This document shows, piece after piece, positions 23,441-35,770 of a stretch of DNA of 64,000 bases. This DNA comes from Podarcis gaigeae (lineage: Eukaryota). Numbering within the stretch: the stretch's first letter is position 1; the number at the start of each line of letters is the position of its first letter. Location of the stretch: the NCBI GenBank assembly GCA_964106915.2, contig OZ066921.1; one strand, 5' to 3'. A program made the position numbers and the translations under genes. The notes under the pieces were generated by a model. The model did no database searches and had not been told where the DNA came from. It saw nothing but the letters and a program-made list of their open reading frames with translations.

Positions 23441-24737
23441 GGTGTCATGCTCTTGGGCAATTATCTTTTTGTAGTAAGGAAAGAGATGGGAAAATGCACT
23501 GGGAAGTGTTGAGTAATCATTTGAGGGAATGTGTAACAAATCAGGATGAACGTTCAGTATACAGGTTGGAAGTGACCTCTGTGTCTTGCAAACTGCTGTT
23601 TTCATACCACACAAACACCCACCCCCATCTCCTTGAGTTTTTGATGGGTATCTCAAGCAAAGGCACCTCTCAGGAAACCATCTCCTAACAGCCATTGACA
23701 AGACAATCAGCTGATTATCTGGACTATTAACCAGCAATCTGCCTAACAAAGGAATGGTTGGCCATAACAATATATGGTACTTAATCCAGAGGGATTGCCA
23801 CATGGCTTTCCCCACAAATAGCCAGTATAGATGTATCCCCCATCCAGCTATTCTGCTACAAGTGGAGGTTATTTATGCCTCCTCACACACTGTCCAAGTT
23901 CTACTTCAGGGCCACTTCAGGGCTCTGTGAGCATGTACTCCAATGTGTAAACTCTGAATATGGGATCCATACTGCGGAAAAATTCAGCACACTCATGAGC
24001 ATACATGCACACATGCACACGAATGGCAATCCTGCCTGAAGATCAACTTCAGAGGCTCTGCCTTTTGCCCCCCCCCCCCATTAAGAGAGAGGTGATTGGA
24101 CCCAGCACTTCCATTTTGGTTTAGATGATTATATTAAGGAAGCTGCTGGTTTGCAGATTATAGACTTTTAGACTGTTAGGTTTGGGATTCTTGTGTGAGC
24201 TGGTTGATTAGCCATTAATGTGTCAAAGTTTTTATCCACTGTAGTTATTGCTCTTGGTCTCCAATATCTGAAGTTGGTGTTTTAGATTGTGTTTTACTGA
24301 AGTTGTGGTTTTATTATATATATGCAATGCAAGCTGACTTGAGAGGATGTGAGTTTTGTCTTTTAAGAAGAGAATAACCCTCCACCTTAATATAAATAAA
24401 GATTCTAATGGCAGGTGAGAGGTGTCTGTCTTGCATGAACCAAGGCCCATCTATCATAAGGATGCCTCTGATGTGCAGAGAAAAGGACCTGTCCAGGGGA
24501 AGAGTTCCACCTTGGTCTTCTCTTTGATATGCTAGATTTCTCAAAGCAAGGATTCTACTTCTGTCCTCCCCATCATCTGTAGACTGAAATTGAGCTGTCC
24601 AGGAACAGTTTTACCACCTTTGTGTAGTTTATGTGAATTGTTGTTGAAAGGATTCTAGGGTTGAAGGCTGCCTCTATTTGAGCTCTCAGTTGAGACCCCC
24701 CACCCTGCACCAGGCAAATCCTTCAGTTAGACTAGAT

Positions 24738-24849
24738 CAGGCATAGGCAAACTCAGCCCTCCAGAAGTTTTGGGACTACAATTCCCATCATCCCTGACCA
24801 CTGGTCCTGTTAACTAGGGATGATGAGAGTCCAAGTTTGCCTATGCCTG
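24738..24849. mobile_element. hAT-type MITE inserted in a CR1-type tail
   Basis: TIR CAGGCATAGGCAAACT / AGTTTGCCTATGCCTG; 8-bp TSD GACTAGAT at 24730-24737 and 24850-24857. Confidence 0.9.
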
Positions 24850-25863
24850 GACTAGATGACCCTCATGGCCCCTTCCAACTCTGCAATACTATAATTCCCC
24901 ACACCTCTTTTTCTTCAACACCCTGAAGATCCTGATATTATTTACAGCACTATGGAGCTGGCAATGCCTCCTTGTGCTGACAGACGGCTTTTCTGTAGAC
25001 ATCTAAGGAGCAGTGTGCCCTGCTGTGTGCAGGTGGGGGCCCTGAGAACTCTGCTTTCCTTTAACCATGGAGAAGCCTGCCCTGGGATACTCAAAGGTCA
25101 GGGCCTGCAGCTGGAAGCATCTCTACATTAAGGAGACTGCCTGTTGCCTGTTTGACAGTTGCCTTTGTTCCATGGAAAAAGGGAGAGAAGGGAGCACACA
25201 CAAATAACAGGCAACGGGGTGGCTCATGTCTGCCATGTGTTGCCCCTCCTTCCTCTCTCCTTCAGTCTCCTTTGATGGACCCTGTTGCAGGAGGCCTTGT
25301 TGACCCCAAAATGGAGATGATAGAGGGAGAGGCAGAACACAGCGTTAACTCAACAGAGCAAGTGAAGTTTGGGAAGAAATGCTTCTGCTTATTAGCTCAA
25401 TTACCCTACTGGGCTTTTATTGTCTGCTCTGCTTGGGGGCTGCTGTGTTTTGGAGGAGGTTTGGCTGGAGAGGCTCCGGATCTGCTGCATACAAAGCCTT
25501 TCAGGAGTCTGTTTTAGGTGGATACATTGGCTAACTATATATGCAGGTGAGCTGCTCACCCAAACAGTTCAGCCTTAGCGCTGTGAGCCTCGCAAGCAGT
25601 GGGGATGGCTGCTCTCAACTCTGTCAGCCAGCAGCATTGTGCCAGGCTGACCCTCCATCGTGGAAGCCCAATGGGCAGGTTTCTCCCCATGCTACATCTC
25701 CAAGGAGGAAGTGAGTGTATTTTCTGGCATATTTCTTTCCCTTGTCTGGGCCACAGTTCTGGACAATGTTCAAACTCTGTGGGGTCCAGCACCATCTGAT
25801 TTGTTGCTGTTTGCTTTGCCACTGCACTGTGGTTCCCTTCTCCCTTTCCTGGTGTTTTTTGTC

Positions 25864-26220
25864 ATGCATGATGCTAGAAGTTTATAAAATTATATATAGC
25901 ATGGAGAAAGAGGGTAGAGAAAAGACGTCGCTCCTTCTCACTAGTGAACATCAAATAAAGCTGAATGTTGGAAGGCACAAAAACAAGTCCTCCTTCACAT
26001 GGTCTTTACATGAATGTCTTTAAAAGAGGATTAGACAAATTCATGGAGAACTATCAATGGCTACTAGCTTTGACAGCTATGCCCTGACACTATGGTTGGG
26101 GGAAGCAATGCTTCTGAACACCAGCTGCTGGAAGCTGCCTGAGGGCAGAGTGCTCTTGTGCTTGGATCTGTTTGCAGGTTTGCACAGGCATCTGGATGGC
26201 CACTGTGAGAACAAGATCCT
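25864..26220 (+). mobile_element. CR1 LINE 3' fragment (older subfamily)
   Basis: gtttataaaattat..gcatggagaaag, ctttaaaagaggattagacaaattcatggag, ggccactgtgagaacaagat; shared with 40030-40320 and 55746-56058. Confidence 0.75.
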
Positions 26221-28294
26221 GAATTCATATGTTTTTATGCAAACGTAGGACCTGAATTACCATTAGAGGCTTTGCGCAGAGTGTACCCCATCCACCCTGA
26301 CAAGAATCTATGAACACAGTTTTTAAAAACCCTGATGGTAGGTATCAATTGTTCAGTAAGATGCAACTGATGCCCTGTGGGAAAAAAAGTGGTCTGCTGT
26401 TGAATGCTGCAGAGAACTTGAATACCTTAAAACAAATGTCAGGAGACAGCTGGTTGTTTGTTTGTTTGTTTTAAAAAGGTGATTAAACCCATGGCCTCCC
26501 CTGCTGAAGGGTCTGTCTATCTTTGAGAACTTTCAGGCCAGATTCACAACCCGTGTGGGACAATGAGGAAGCTGATCTAAGATGATGTAATGTGGTAAGA
26601 AGGTGTCTGAAATTGTGTGAGCCAGGCTTGAATCCCTCTAGCAGGCAAAGCTCTCTGGGTACCAGGGAAAGGCTACAGGTAAGCGGATGGCAAAGGGCAT
26701 TCTTTTCCTTCCTGGACAGATGGTTTCTTCCAACTTCTACCTCCCTCACGTGTGTCTCTCTGTGTGCCACCCACAAACATTTGGACTCCTGTCATTTTGT
26801 TCCGTTAACATTCCTGCTTTTTCTGAACATTTTTTGCTGCTTTATGTGCATTCACAGGCAAATGCCTCACTGGATTATTATCCTCACAGCAAATGCAAGT
26901 GAGCTGGTGCCTGCATGCAGAAAGTGCTCTGGCACTACTGAGGCCAAGCTTGTTAAACCCACTAGTAAATTTTGCTACCATACATTATGCCTAAATAGGT
27001 GTCTTTTCTATGGATGAGCACAGGCCCACTGTATCTGTGCATTAAAACACACACACAAACACACCCTAATCTGTTTCTGCATCCCTCTGTGCTGCCTCTG
27101 CTTTCATCTGTAATTCTGGTTCTGAGCTGCTCAGTATAAGACAAAGTTCTGGTTTCCCCATGCACTATACCAAGGAATCTAAAAATGGTTATCACTCCCA
27201 CCCCCCTTTGACCAAAGTGGATGAAATATACAGGCAAATGTGCTCCTTCAGAGTGGATTAAGCTTGCCAAACTGCAGACAAATAGGCACAGGGGCTTTCT
27301 GAGGGGGAAGTGAAAGGGATTAGCTTTCCTCCACAATCCTGTCATGACTCTGGTCCAGCAGCAATCAAGATTGCAGAAGCTGCAGAGTCTCCATCTGAGA
27401 AGCCAGACAAGGCACCAGGCCAAGTCAAGGGCTCTGAGCTTGCTGGTGGAGTTTGTGGCTTGAGTACCTCAAAACGATTATGAGGTGCTACGTATTTTTG
27501 CTTGTGCATTTTAAAACTTTGCAGCTGCACACTAACTTCCCTTTGCAGTGCTTGAGTCTTCCAATGTGCCTTAAGCATGAGAAGCAACACACCCCCTTCC
27601 TGACCAATTTTGGAAATGGATAAAGTTGCACCGTATCGAGGAAAAACATCTCAGGTTTTCCTTCTCCCTTTAATGTTCTTATTTAATGAATTAATTTTTC
27701 AGCAGTGGCTATTTTGCACACGTTTTTGTAGCGATGCTTTGATCTCCAAGCTCTGTAGTGCTCTTCCAACTTTGGGTAATCAAAAGACGTGCTTCTGTCA
27801 AAGGCTTCTTGACAGGAGCCAAGACCCCCATGAGGGATCTTTGATCCATTTCCTCCACTGGTGAAGCAACCTGTCAGGGCTGGTAGAAGGTCACCATCTT
27901 TGATCTTCTCCATCCGCTAAGTCAGCTGCTGCTACCTCCACCGACTCCCCTTTCCTGAGGACAGGAAAGTTCTTTTCCTTGCCACAATGATGCCACATTA
28001 CCCTAAATTGTCTCTCCTTTCTCCAGTCATTGAAAACGGTTCGCATCACTTCACAAGCTATTGACAAAAGCATCTTCAACCCATCCACTCTTCTTCCCCA
28101 CAATGAATAAAGCGAAAAGCTGAAATGCTTTCCTTCCCAGAGGATGATAGAAAGATAGTCTAAATGGTAAATGATGGTTGTAGGTTCTAAAAAAAGAAAG
28201 AAAAAGCAATGGTACATTCTGCAGTGCTTTCTAAATTAATTTTCCTGGGAATAATAGGAAACTTTTAGGGGGGTATGGGACTTTAGGGGGGTAT

Positions 28295-28548
28295 GCTCAG
28301 TCCCTGCTCCTGCCAACCTAGCAGTTTGAAAGCACGTCAAAGTGCAAGTAGATAAATAGGTAGCGCTCTGGCGGGAAGGTAAACGGCATTTCCGTGCGCT
28401 GCTCTGGTTCGCCAGAAGCAGCTTAGTCATGCTGGCCACATGACCTGGAAGCTGTACGCTGGCTCCCTTGGCCAATAAAGCGAGATGAGCATTGCAACCC
28501 CAGAGTCGTCCGTGACTGGACCTAATGGTCAGGGGTCCCTTTACCTTT
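28295..28548 (+). mobile_element. Sauria SINE, 5'-truncated
   Basis: Body and ccctttaccttt tail; flanked by ACTTTAGGGGGGTAT target copies. Confidence 0.92.
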
Positions 28549-30584
28549 ACTTTAGGGGGGGTATAAAGTTTTCCCCCAATCAAAATTCAGCATAAGGAAA
28601 GCTGTATTCAGAATCTCATATTCCATCCATGGAGGGTGTCTTCAGTCTTTTGCAAAGAGGGTGCCATAAATTCCCCTCATTTTTGTCACTGCCTTGTTCT
28701 CTCTTAATTTCATTAAATTTTGAAGCCCCGAGAGCTATCCCCAAATCCACTTCCACACTTGGAGCCATTTTCATTCTGCAATTTATGGCAGTCCAGAAAC
28801 CTTTAATAGCACTAAAAACCTGAAGCTGAGGAACACACAGGTGGGCAGGGGCTGTTGCTGGAAGTGAGTGATTTATGACAGTTCACAGAGAATATTGCAG
28901 GTCAGGCTCTAACTGGTTTATAACAACCCTCCAGTGCTGCCCAGAAGTGTTAGAGCCCCTATTGCAGGCTGGGGCTTAGGCTGAAGCTGAAAGAGTAAGC
29001 TAAAACAACCCTGAGGCGTTATCCACTGCCTTTATTGCAGCTTGGGTTCAGAGAACAGCATACTACAGTTCTGCAGGATAGTTTGCTATTATACTCCTAT
29101 GCAGACCAGGCAGCTGTACGAAGAGAACGTGTTGTACAGCAGCTCTGCTAGGTAGTCTACTGTTAATACTATAAGTCAGAAGTGAGGGTGAGTTTGGCCA
29201 AAAAAATTAAAATTAACCCCCCCCCAATACTAAAAATGCCCTCTTGGGCTCCTAGGAAAAATCATGCATACAGAAGACTCATGGTTTCAGGCCGACTGGC
29301 TGCATATTTAAGTGTTCAAAAACTAACTAAAACAAAATTACCCACAAAGTAAGATTTAAGTTAGAGGATGTTAGAACAACCTTCACTGCTAACTCCCCCC
29401 CCCCCCAATTCACTCAACCACAGGCTGAGGTAAAGCACATGCAGCAGAGTTATGCTGCAAAAATTTATTGCAGCACTCCAGTATTGTAGTCTAATTTTCC
29501 TTAGGTCATGGAGCTGGAGCCGAAACCACTCATGTGCAGAAGGGAAACATCCGCAGACTTGGGCTCACCCTGAGGTTTGCAGAGCTCCACAAATCCACCC
29601 CTCGCCCAAACACTACTATAACTCAATGGCACAAATTGTTGAGGGCAGGGGGAGTTGATAACCAGGTGTGTGTGTGTGTGAAGAATAAAGTGAAGCAGCT
29701 GGAACAGGGACACAGGGATAAAGGACAGAAAGGACTATCTCTTTGCCTGGATAGGGCACTTCCTAGTTCTCACCGGGAAGCTATTTTTAAATGAATAAGT
29801 GTGATCTCCAGTCCATGCAGATGATCCTATGCACATACAGCATTATGGGCTCCTTTTGGTGCATGCAGCCAAATCTGATGACCGGATCACCCAGGGAAGC
29901 TCCTGCCGTAATAAATGTGTTAATCTCGGAGCGTCACAAGACTCTTTGTTGTGGGAATATGAGACTCAAAAAGCTGAATCACTGGCAGGGGTATTTTGCT
30001 CCTTTGCTTACCTGAATGGGGGCCTTTAGACAGAAGAGGGCACTTTAATCTCAAAGATTTAGCATCTTGAAGGGAAGACAGGAAATTAAGAATATGAACA
30101 AAGTAAAAATAGGAAGTGTTGAATATTCTGAAATATAGACATGATCTAACTTTAGCTAGGCAGAGTGTGGTACTACTGAATGGAAGGTTTAAGGTTCTGT
30201 CCTTGCGGGATGACAGCAAAGCTTGTTGGGTGGTGAAGATAAAGAGAAAAGGTGGATTAATATGAAGGCAGCAAAATCTTTATCTGCCGCTTTATCCTTA
30301 AGCCACCTTCCTCCCTCATCCATTCTTCACATCCCACCCCATTCCTCTGCAACAGCTTTGTTTACCTTATTCATTTATGTTTATTTGTTGCATTTATATC
30401 CCACCTTTTTCTCCAAGAAGCTCAAGGTGGGACACATGGTTCTTCCCCTTCCTCATTTAATCCCCATAAGAACCCTGTGAGGTAGATCACCCAGTGAGCT
30501 TACAAAAAGATGGAAGAGTTCTGGAGAGTTCAAAAACCTGCTCACAATTTCATGGATTTTGATTCATCCTAATAAATATATTTA

Positions 30585-30928
30585 GGGACATGGGTGGTGC
30601 TGTGGGTTAAACCACAGAGCCTAGGGCTTGCTGATCAGGAGGTCGGCGGTTCAAATCCCCGCGATGGGGTGAGCTACCGTTGCTCGGTCCCTGCTCCTGC
30701 CAACCTAGCAGTTCAAAAGCAAGTCAAAGTGCAAGTAGATAAATAAGTAACTGCTCTGGTGGGCAGGTAAACGGCATTTCCGTGTGCTGCTCTGGTTCGC
30801 CAGAAGCGGCTTAGTCATGCTGGCCGCATGACCTGGAAGCTGTATGCCGGGTCCCTCGGCCAATAAAGCGAGATGAGCACCGCAACGCCAGAGTCGGCCA
30901 CGATTGGACCTAACGGTCCTTTACCCTT
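30585..30928 (+). mobile_element. Sauria SINE, full length
   Basis: Starts gggacatgggtggtgctgtgggttaaacc; TSD TAATAAA(T/G)ATATTTA at 30570-30584 and 30929-30943. Confidence 0.93.
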
Positions 30929-31439
30929 TAATAAAGATATTTATTTAAGCATGGATTCCTTCCCCCTTCAACAAACACGCCTTCCTTTAGCATACATCCC
31001 CCCCCCCCCCCGTCCAGGAAGACTCCTTTCTGGAGTAACACAGGCAAAAAAACTGAAGATAGCGTTAGATGGGAAGGGGTGGATTGCAAAGCAGTGAGGC
31101 TGACCCTGCTGTTCTGCAGGTTGAGGCAGCAGCTGTCTCAGTCAACTGGTTTTGTGTGAAAACAAAAAGTTCATTATTTAATTTATTCTAGTTTGAGTTT
31201 TGCTTCTGAAAAGAGGTCCTGTGAGCTGAGTGATAAAGCGTTTGTTTGGCATGCAAAAGATTCCAGGTTCCATCCCCGGCAATCCCTGGTAGGTCAGGGG
31301 AAAAATAAGTTGGCAGAGCACTGGGGTGATATCCACCACAGCTCTGATGGCGATGCAAATTGACATCTTAAAACAACAACTAAAAACTGAATATATCACA
31401 ATGAAGCCATGCTTGAGAAGCATTTCAGTCCCAGCATAG

Positions 31440-31575
31440 CTCCTCAGGGGATGTGAAAGCATATCAGGCCACCATCTGGCTTAAACTAAGCTGGTCTGGG
31501 TCTGGCTGGTGCCTGGAAGCACATGCATGATGGCTTGGGTTCTGTGCTGGAAGAAAATAAACCAAATAAATAAAA
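31440..31575 (+). mobile_element. Possible decayed 5S rRNA-derived SINE
   Basis: aactaagctggtctgggtctggctggtgcctgga resembles 5S A-box/C-box region aagctaagcagggtcgggcctggttagtacttgga; A-rich tail. Confidence 0.3.
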
Positions 31576-32198
31576 GTCAGCCTTGTAAAATCCTAAGATA
31601 TATATGCTATCATCCACACCTAGGGCAAACTTTTTTCTTTTAATCTCGACTTGGCACACCTCTGAGGTAAAGTGTTGGTATAAATTGCTGCTGATATTAT
31701 CAGTGTTTTCATAAAATATTTTCTTGTGGAACTCCTTGGGAGATTCAGCCCCTGTGAGGGGCTTACGGCACCTAGGAAATAAATGGGCCTCTCTAAATCT
31801 CTTTTGTCATCATGGTGGTCTTTGGCTGAAACGCTTCAAAGCTTTGTTCTCACCTTTACAGAAGCAAAATGAAGTTCTCTTTCCAACGGCTTTCAAGTTC
31901 CACCTAGTCCTGGGCCAAGGTTAACGTAAAGGAAGAACAGCCCTGGGGTTTTCACATTGTACAAAGTGAGGAGGAGGAGCCTGTACAAACTTAACTAAAT
32001 GGGTTTGAGGGAAGGGAAGATGTGAATAAAAGTCAGACATTCAGGAAGGAAGAAACAGGAAAATCACAGAGAGAGAGAGATAAAGATGGACCTGCAGAAC
32101 AGCTGAAGAACAAACTAGTTGTGCCAAACAGGAATAAATACTGTAATCCCCAAAGGATTCTGCTGGAGGTTGCAGTGCAGAGGAACCAAGAGACAATA

Positions 32199-32433
32199 CA
32201 GTGGTACCTCAGGTTACATACGCTTCAGGTTACAGACTCCGCTAACCCAGAAATAGTACCTTGGGTTAAGAACTTTGCTTCAGGATGAGAACAGAAATTG
32301 TGCTCCAGCGGCGCGGCAGCAGCAGCAGCAGCAGGAGGCCTCATTAGCTAAAGTGGTGCTTCAGGTTAAGAACAGTTTCAGGTTAAGAACGGAACTCTGG
32401 AACGAATTAAGTAGTTAACTCGAGGTACCACTG
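32199..32433. mobile_element. Tc1/mariner-superfamily MITE
   Basis: TA-CAGTGGTACCTC ... GAGGTACCACTG-TA. Confidence 0.92.
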
Positions 32434-33498
32434 TAGAAGGGTCAACCAGGCATTTCAATTTTGAGGGGAAAAAGAGAGTGTGGATTTGCATAAATTTTAC
32501 ATATGCTAATTCATAAGGACAGATGCAAATCTATAACTTAAATAGAAGGCAATGCATCTCACCCTAGTGGGGAAGACCATGTCCAGGTGATGTGCTCGTC
32601 TGCCAGCTCAAGCTGCTGCTGTCCAGGTGCTGAAGGCAGATAGGCAACTCCAAGGCAACCTCCCGCTCTCCCTTCTTAGGACTCCTTATGTTTAAACCAG
32701 ACATGGACTGGGCAGATGATTAAATAGAGGATGCTTCCAAATGGAGAACTGCCTTTGATGAAGTAGGGCACATGGCCACTCTCTGACTGGGCCCATCATG
32801 TGGTGAGTCTGCTCATGCTGCCTGGCAGTGCCAGTCTTGGGGCAGAGAGAGAGTCTGGTGGGAATTTCAACCCATTGAAATTGATGCCCTTGCCCGTCAT
32901 TCTTTGCCAGTGTCACCCCATGGAACTCTTCTCCCCCACTATGCCAGACATCTTGCCAGCCCCCTGCCACGCCTTCTCTTTGCCAACCTGCTGGCAGGAC
33001 GGCAAGTTAAGTGAGGCTTGTGTTGGGCCCTTAATAAGATGTGATTCACTCGTTGAGCTTAATTAGCAATTCAGCTAACGGTTTGTAATTCAGGCACGAC
33101 CCTGATTGCATCCGAATGCTACTTTATTTCTTCGCTGCTGTTCGCATTCTGAGCACTAATTATGCTTCTCTGCCTGCTAATTGCTTTCCAGCCTTCCACT
33201 GCTGCCTCTTTCCAGTAACATTTATTTTTCATGCCTCTGTGTTTAAAGGTACGAGGGCGGAGGATGAGGGCATCCGGGTGGAGCTGAGCTCAAGCCAAGT
33301 TGAAAGGAAGACGGGGAGGACCTCCGACTGGTTCCCCGCTCTCCACTCCTCCCCTGCTCTGTTTCCAAACTCCAAATGCGTCAGAGGAGGGGTGTGTGTG
33401 TCAAACAATGCTCCTTTCTGCTTCCTTCAGGCCAGCTGTCAAGGAATTGTTGTCATTAATGCTGCTTGGAAAAATCCTGTTGTTCAAATAATAAAATA

Positions 33499-33859
33499 CA
33501 GTGGTACCTCGGTTTAAGAACAGCCCTGCTTACGAACTATTCAGTTTACAAACTCCGCAAAACTGGAAGTAGTTTCCCCGTTTGTGAACTTTACCTTGGT
33601 CCAAGAACGGAATCTGAACAGTGGAAGGGCACCGGTGGCAGGAGGCCTCATTAGGGAAAGCACAGAATCACAGAATCACAGAACTGTAGAGTTGGAAGGG
33701 ACCCTAAGGATCATCTAGTCCAACCCCCCTGCAATGCAGGAATATGCAGCTGGTCCATACAGGGATCGAACCTGCAACCTTGGTGTTATCAGCACCATGG
33801 TCTAACCAACTGAGCTATCCAGGCTCAGGTTTATCAGCATATATTTATCAGGTTTATCA

Positions 33860-33897
<38 letters not shown>

Positions 33898-34043
33898 TTT
33901 ATCAGCATATATTTATCAGGCTCAGGTTTATCAGGTTTATCAGCATAGGTTTATGAGCTATCAGCATGCCTCGGTTTAAGAACAGTTTCGGTTAAAGAAC
34001 AGACTTCCGGAACGGATTATGTTCGTAAACTGAGGTACCACTG
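33499..34043. mobile_element. Tc1/mariner-superfamily MITE interrupted by a SINE and filler DNA
   Basis: Same TIRs and TA flanks; about 300 bp insertion at 33662-33966. Confidence 0.9.
33661..33824 (-). mobile_element. tRNA-Ile-derived SINE with CR1 3' tail (decayed relative at about 36200-36340)
   Basis: Minus strand: cctggatagctcagttggttagaccatggtgctgataacaccaaggttgcaggttcgatccc (A and B boxes) followed by ttggactagatgatcc..ggtcccttccaactct and ATTCTGTG repeats. Confidence 0.85.
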
Positions 34044-35499
34044 TATTACAATGTTACCTACCTGAAAAGTGACTGTTGGGTAATCAGAAATGTCGAAGGT
34101 GCCTTCACCTCCTGTTCGGATTAGATTTATTACATATTCTTGCCACTTTTCATTCAAATGAATCTCAAAGCAGCTTACAAACAAAATAACAACAACAAGG
34201 TAGAACTTAATAGACCATCACAAACACAGCATAACTCTTATAGAATAATTAACAAATCATCCGTGAAACAATTGCAACATATAAAGCACTGTCAACAAAG
34301 CTGCAACTAAAAAAATAAGCTACCGTAAACACCACAATTAAAGCAATTATATGATTAATAAATCAATACAGCATTTATAATCTATAAAAGAAAATTAACA
34401 AACAAAATAGCAACCAAAAATAAGACAAACTAAGCACTCTGCTGCTTCAACTGGGGGAAGTGAGGTCATAGTTTCTTTCCTGCACTACTGAACTACTACA
34501 AAAAACATCTCCGCTGATGCTCCCAATTGGGTAGGATGACCCTGTTTAGGGCTGCAGTTCCTCAGCTGTTCCTTTGTCCCTGGTACACCCTGAAGCAACT
34601 TTAAAGCAAGAAACAACAACCAAGTACATCCCAGGTTTATAAACAAAAACCAAATGGCTGAAAGTCTTGTTCCTTCACTCCTTTGCTCTCCACTTTAGTA
34701 CCATGGGGATAACAACACCTCCGTCCTTGCAGGGATGTTGTAAGGATTGCAACAAGCAAATGCATGTGAATCATGTTGAGGGCCTGAAAGCACCATATCA
34801 AAGCAAGCATTAGTATTGATATTAGCAATACTAAAATACATTTTTCAGGGTTCTGGGGTGAAATAGGGCCAGGGCTGAGCCCTGGCTAAAACAAAGTCTC
34901 ATTTGGGGCAGTTAGAGTAGGATTCTTTGCTTTGAAACTGAAGCAGTCAAGTTTATCCCCTTTTCTACCCATTTCCTGTGAAGAAGTGGACATGGACAGA
35001 TGGCAGAAAATGCTTTTCCATTGCATAGCAACAGATTGGAAAATATAATTACTGTGTGGCGTAAGGGCTGTAACAGCTGTGACCCCCCCTGCAAAAAAAT
35101 CCAGTGTGTGGATTGCAGGAAGCAAGAGGACACAAAACATATAATTCAGCCTGAACTGAAGGGAGAATTGAAAACAGTCAGGGGGGCAGCTGTGTATTGA
35201 TTCTCCTTGATCAGCCTGTAGGTTGTGCATAACAGGAGAAAACGAGGGCAGCTGGTTCCCTGACATAGATTATCATATTTGAAAAGACTGTGATTGACTG
35301 TGGGACTAGTCTTGCAATATTGCTATCAGGGATCATTCTTCTGAGAATGGTTGTCTCCCAGACTAAACTAGCTGAACTGAGGCCTCACTTAAATCCATGA
35401 GACTTAAGCTGAGTTGTGACTAAATTGATCATTGATTTCAATGGGATTTAAGTTCAGCTAATTTAGGGCTCATCCAGAGTTTCATTTAGTGCTGAGATC

Positions 35500-35770
35500 T
35501 GTAGTCACAGGTCTGTGATTTCCAGATGTGGGTCTGGGCAGTTTTCCTTTTGTCCCTTTGCTTTCCCTGGAAAAACTTGATGTTTACTGCTGAATCAGAA
35601 CAAATGTTTATCAGGTTTCCCTCAGATAGATATTTGTTCTGATTCAGTGGGTAAACAGTGGGTTTTCCTGGGGAATGTGGCAGGACCCAAAAAATACAAA
35701 CAAAAACCTGCTCAGAGTTGTGCCTGGAAATCATGGAGCTGTGCCTACAAATCACAGCATGGACAGAAGT
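35500..35770. repeat. Old palindromic repeat, copy 2
   Basis: tgtttactgctgaatcagaacaaatgt / atatttgttctgattcagtgggtaaaca arms. Confidence 0.6.

Noticed and set aside
23092-23688. 198-aa ORF as a host gene
   Set aside because: The recognisable part is a decayed L2 RT fragment
33750-33824. tRNA-Ile gene
   Set aside because: Acceptor stem is broken and it runs directly into a CR1-type tail; it is a SINE head
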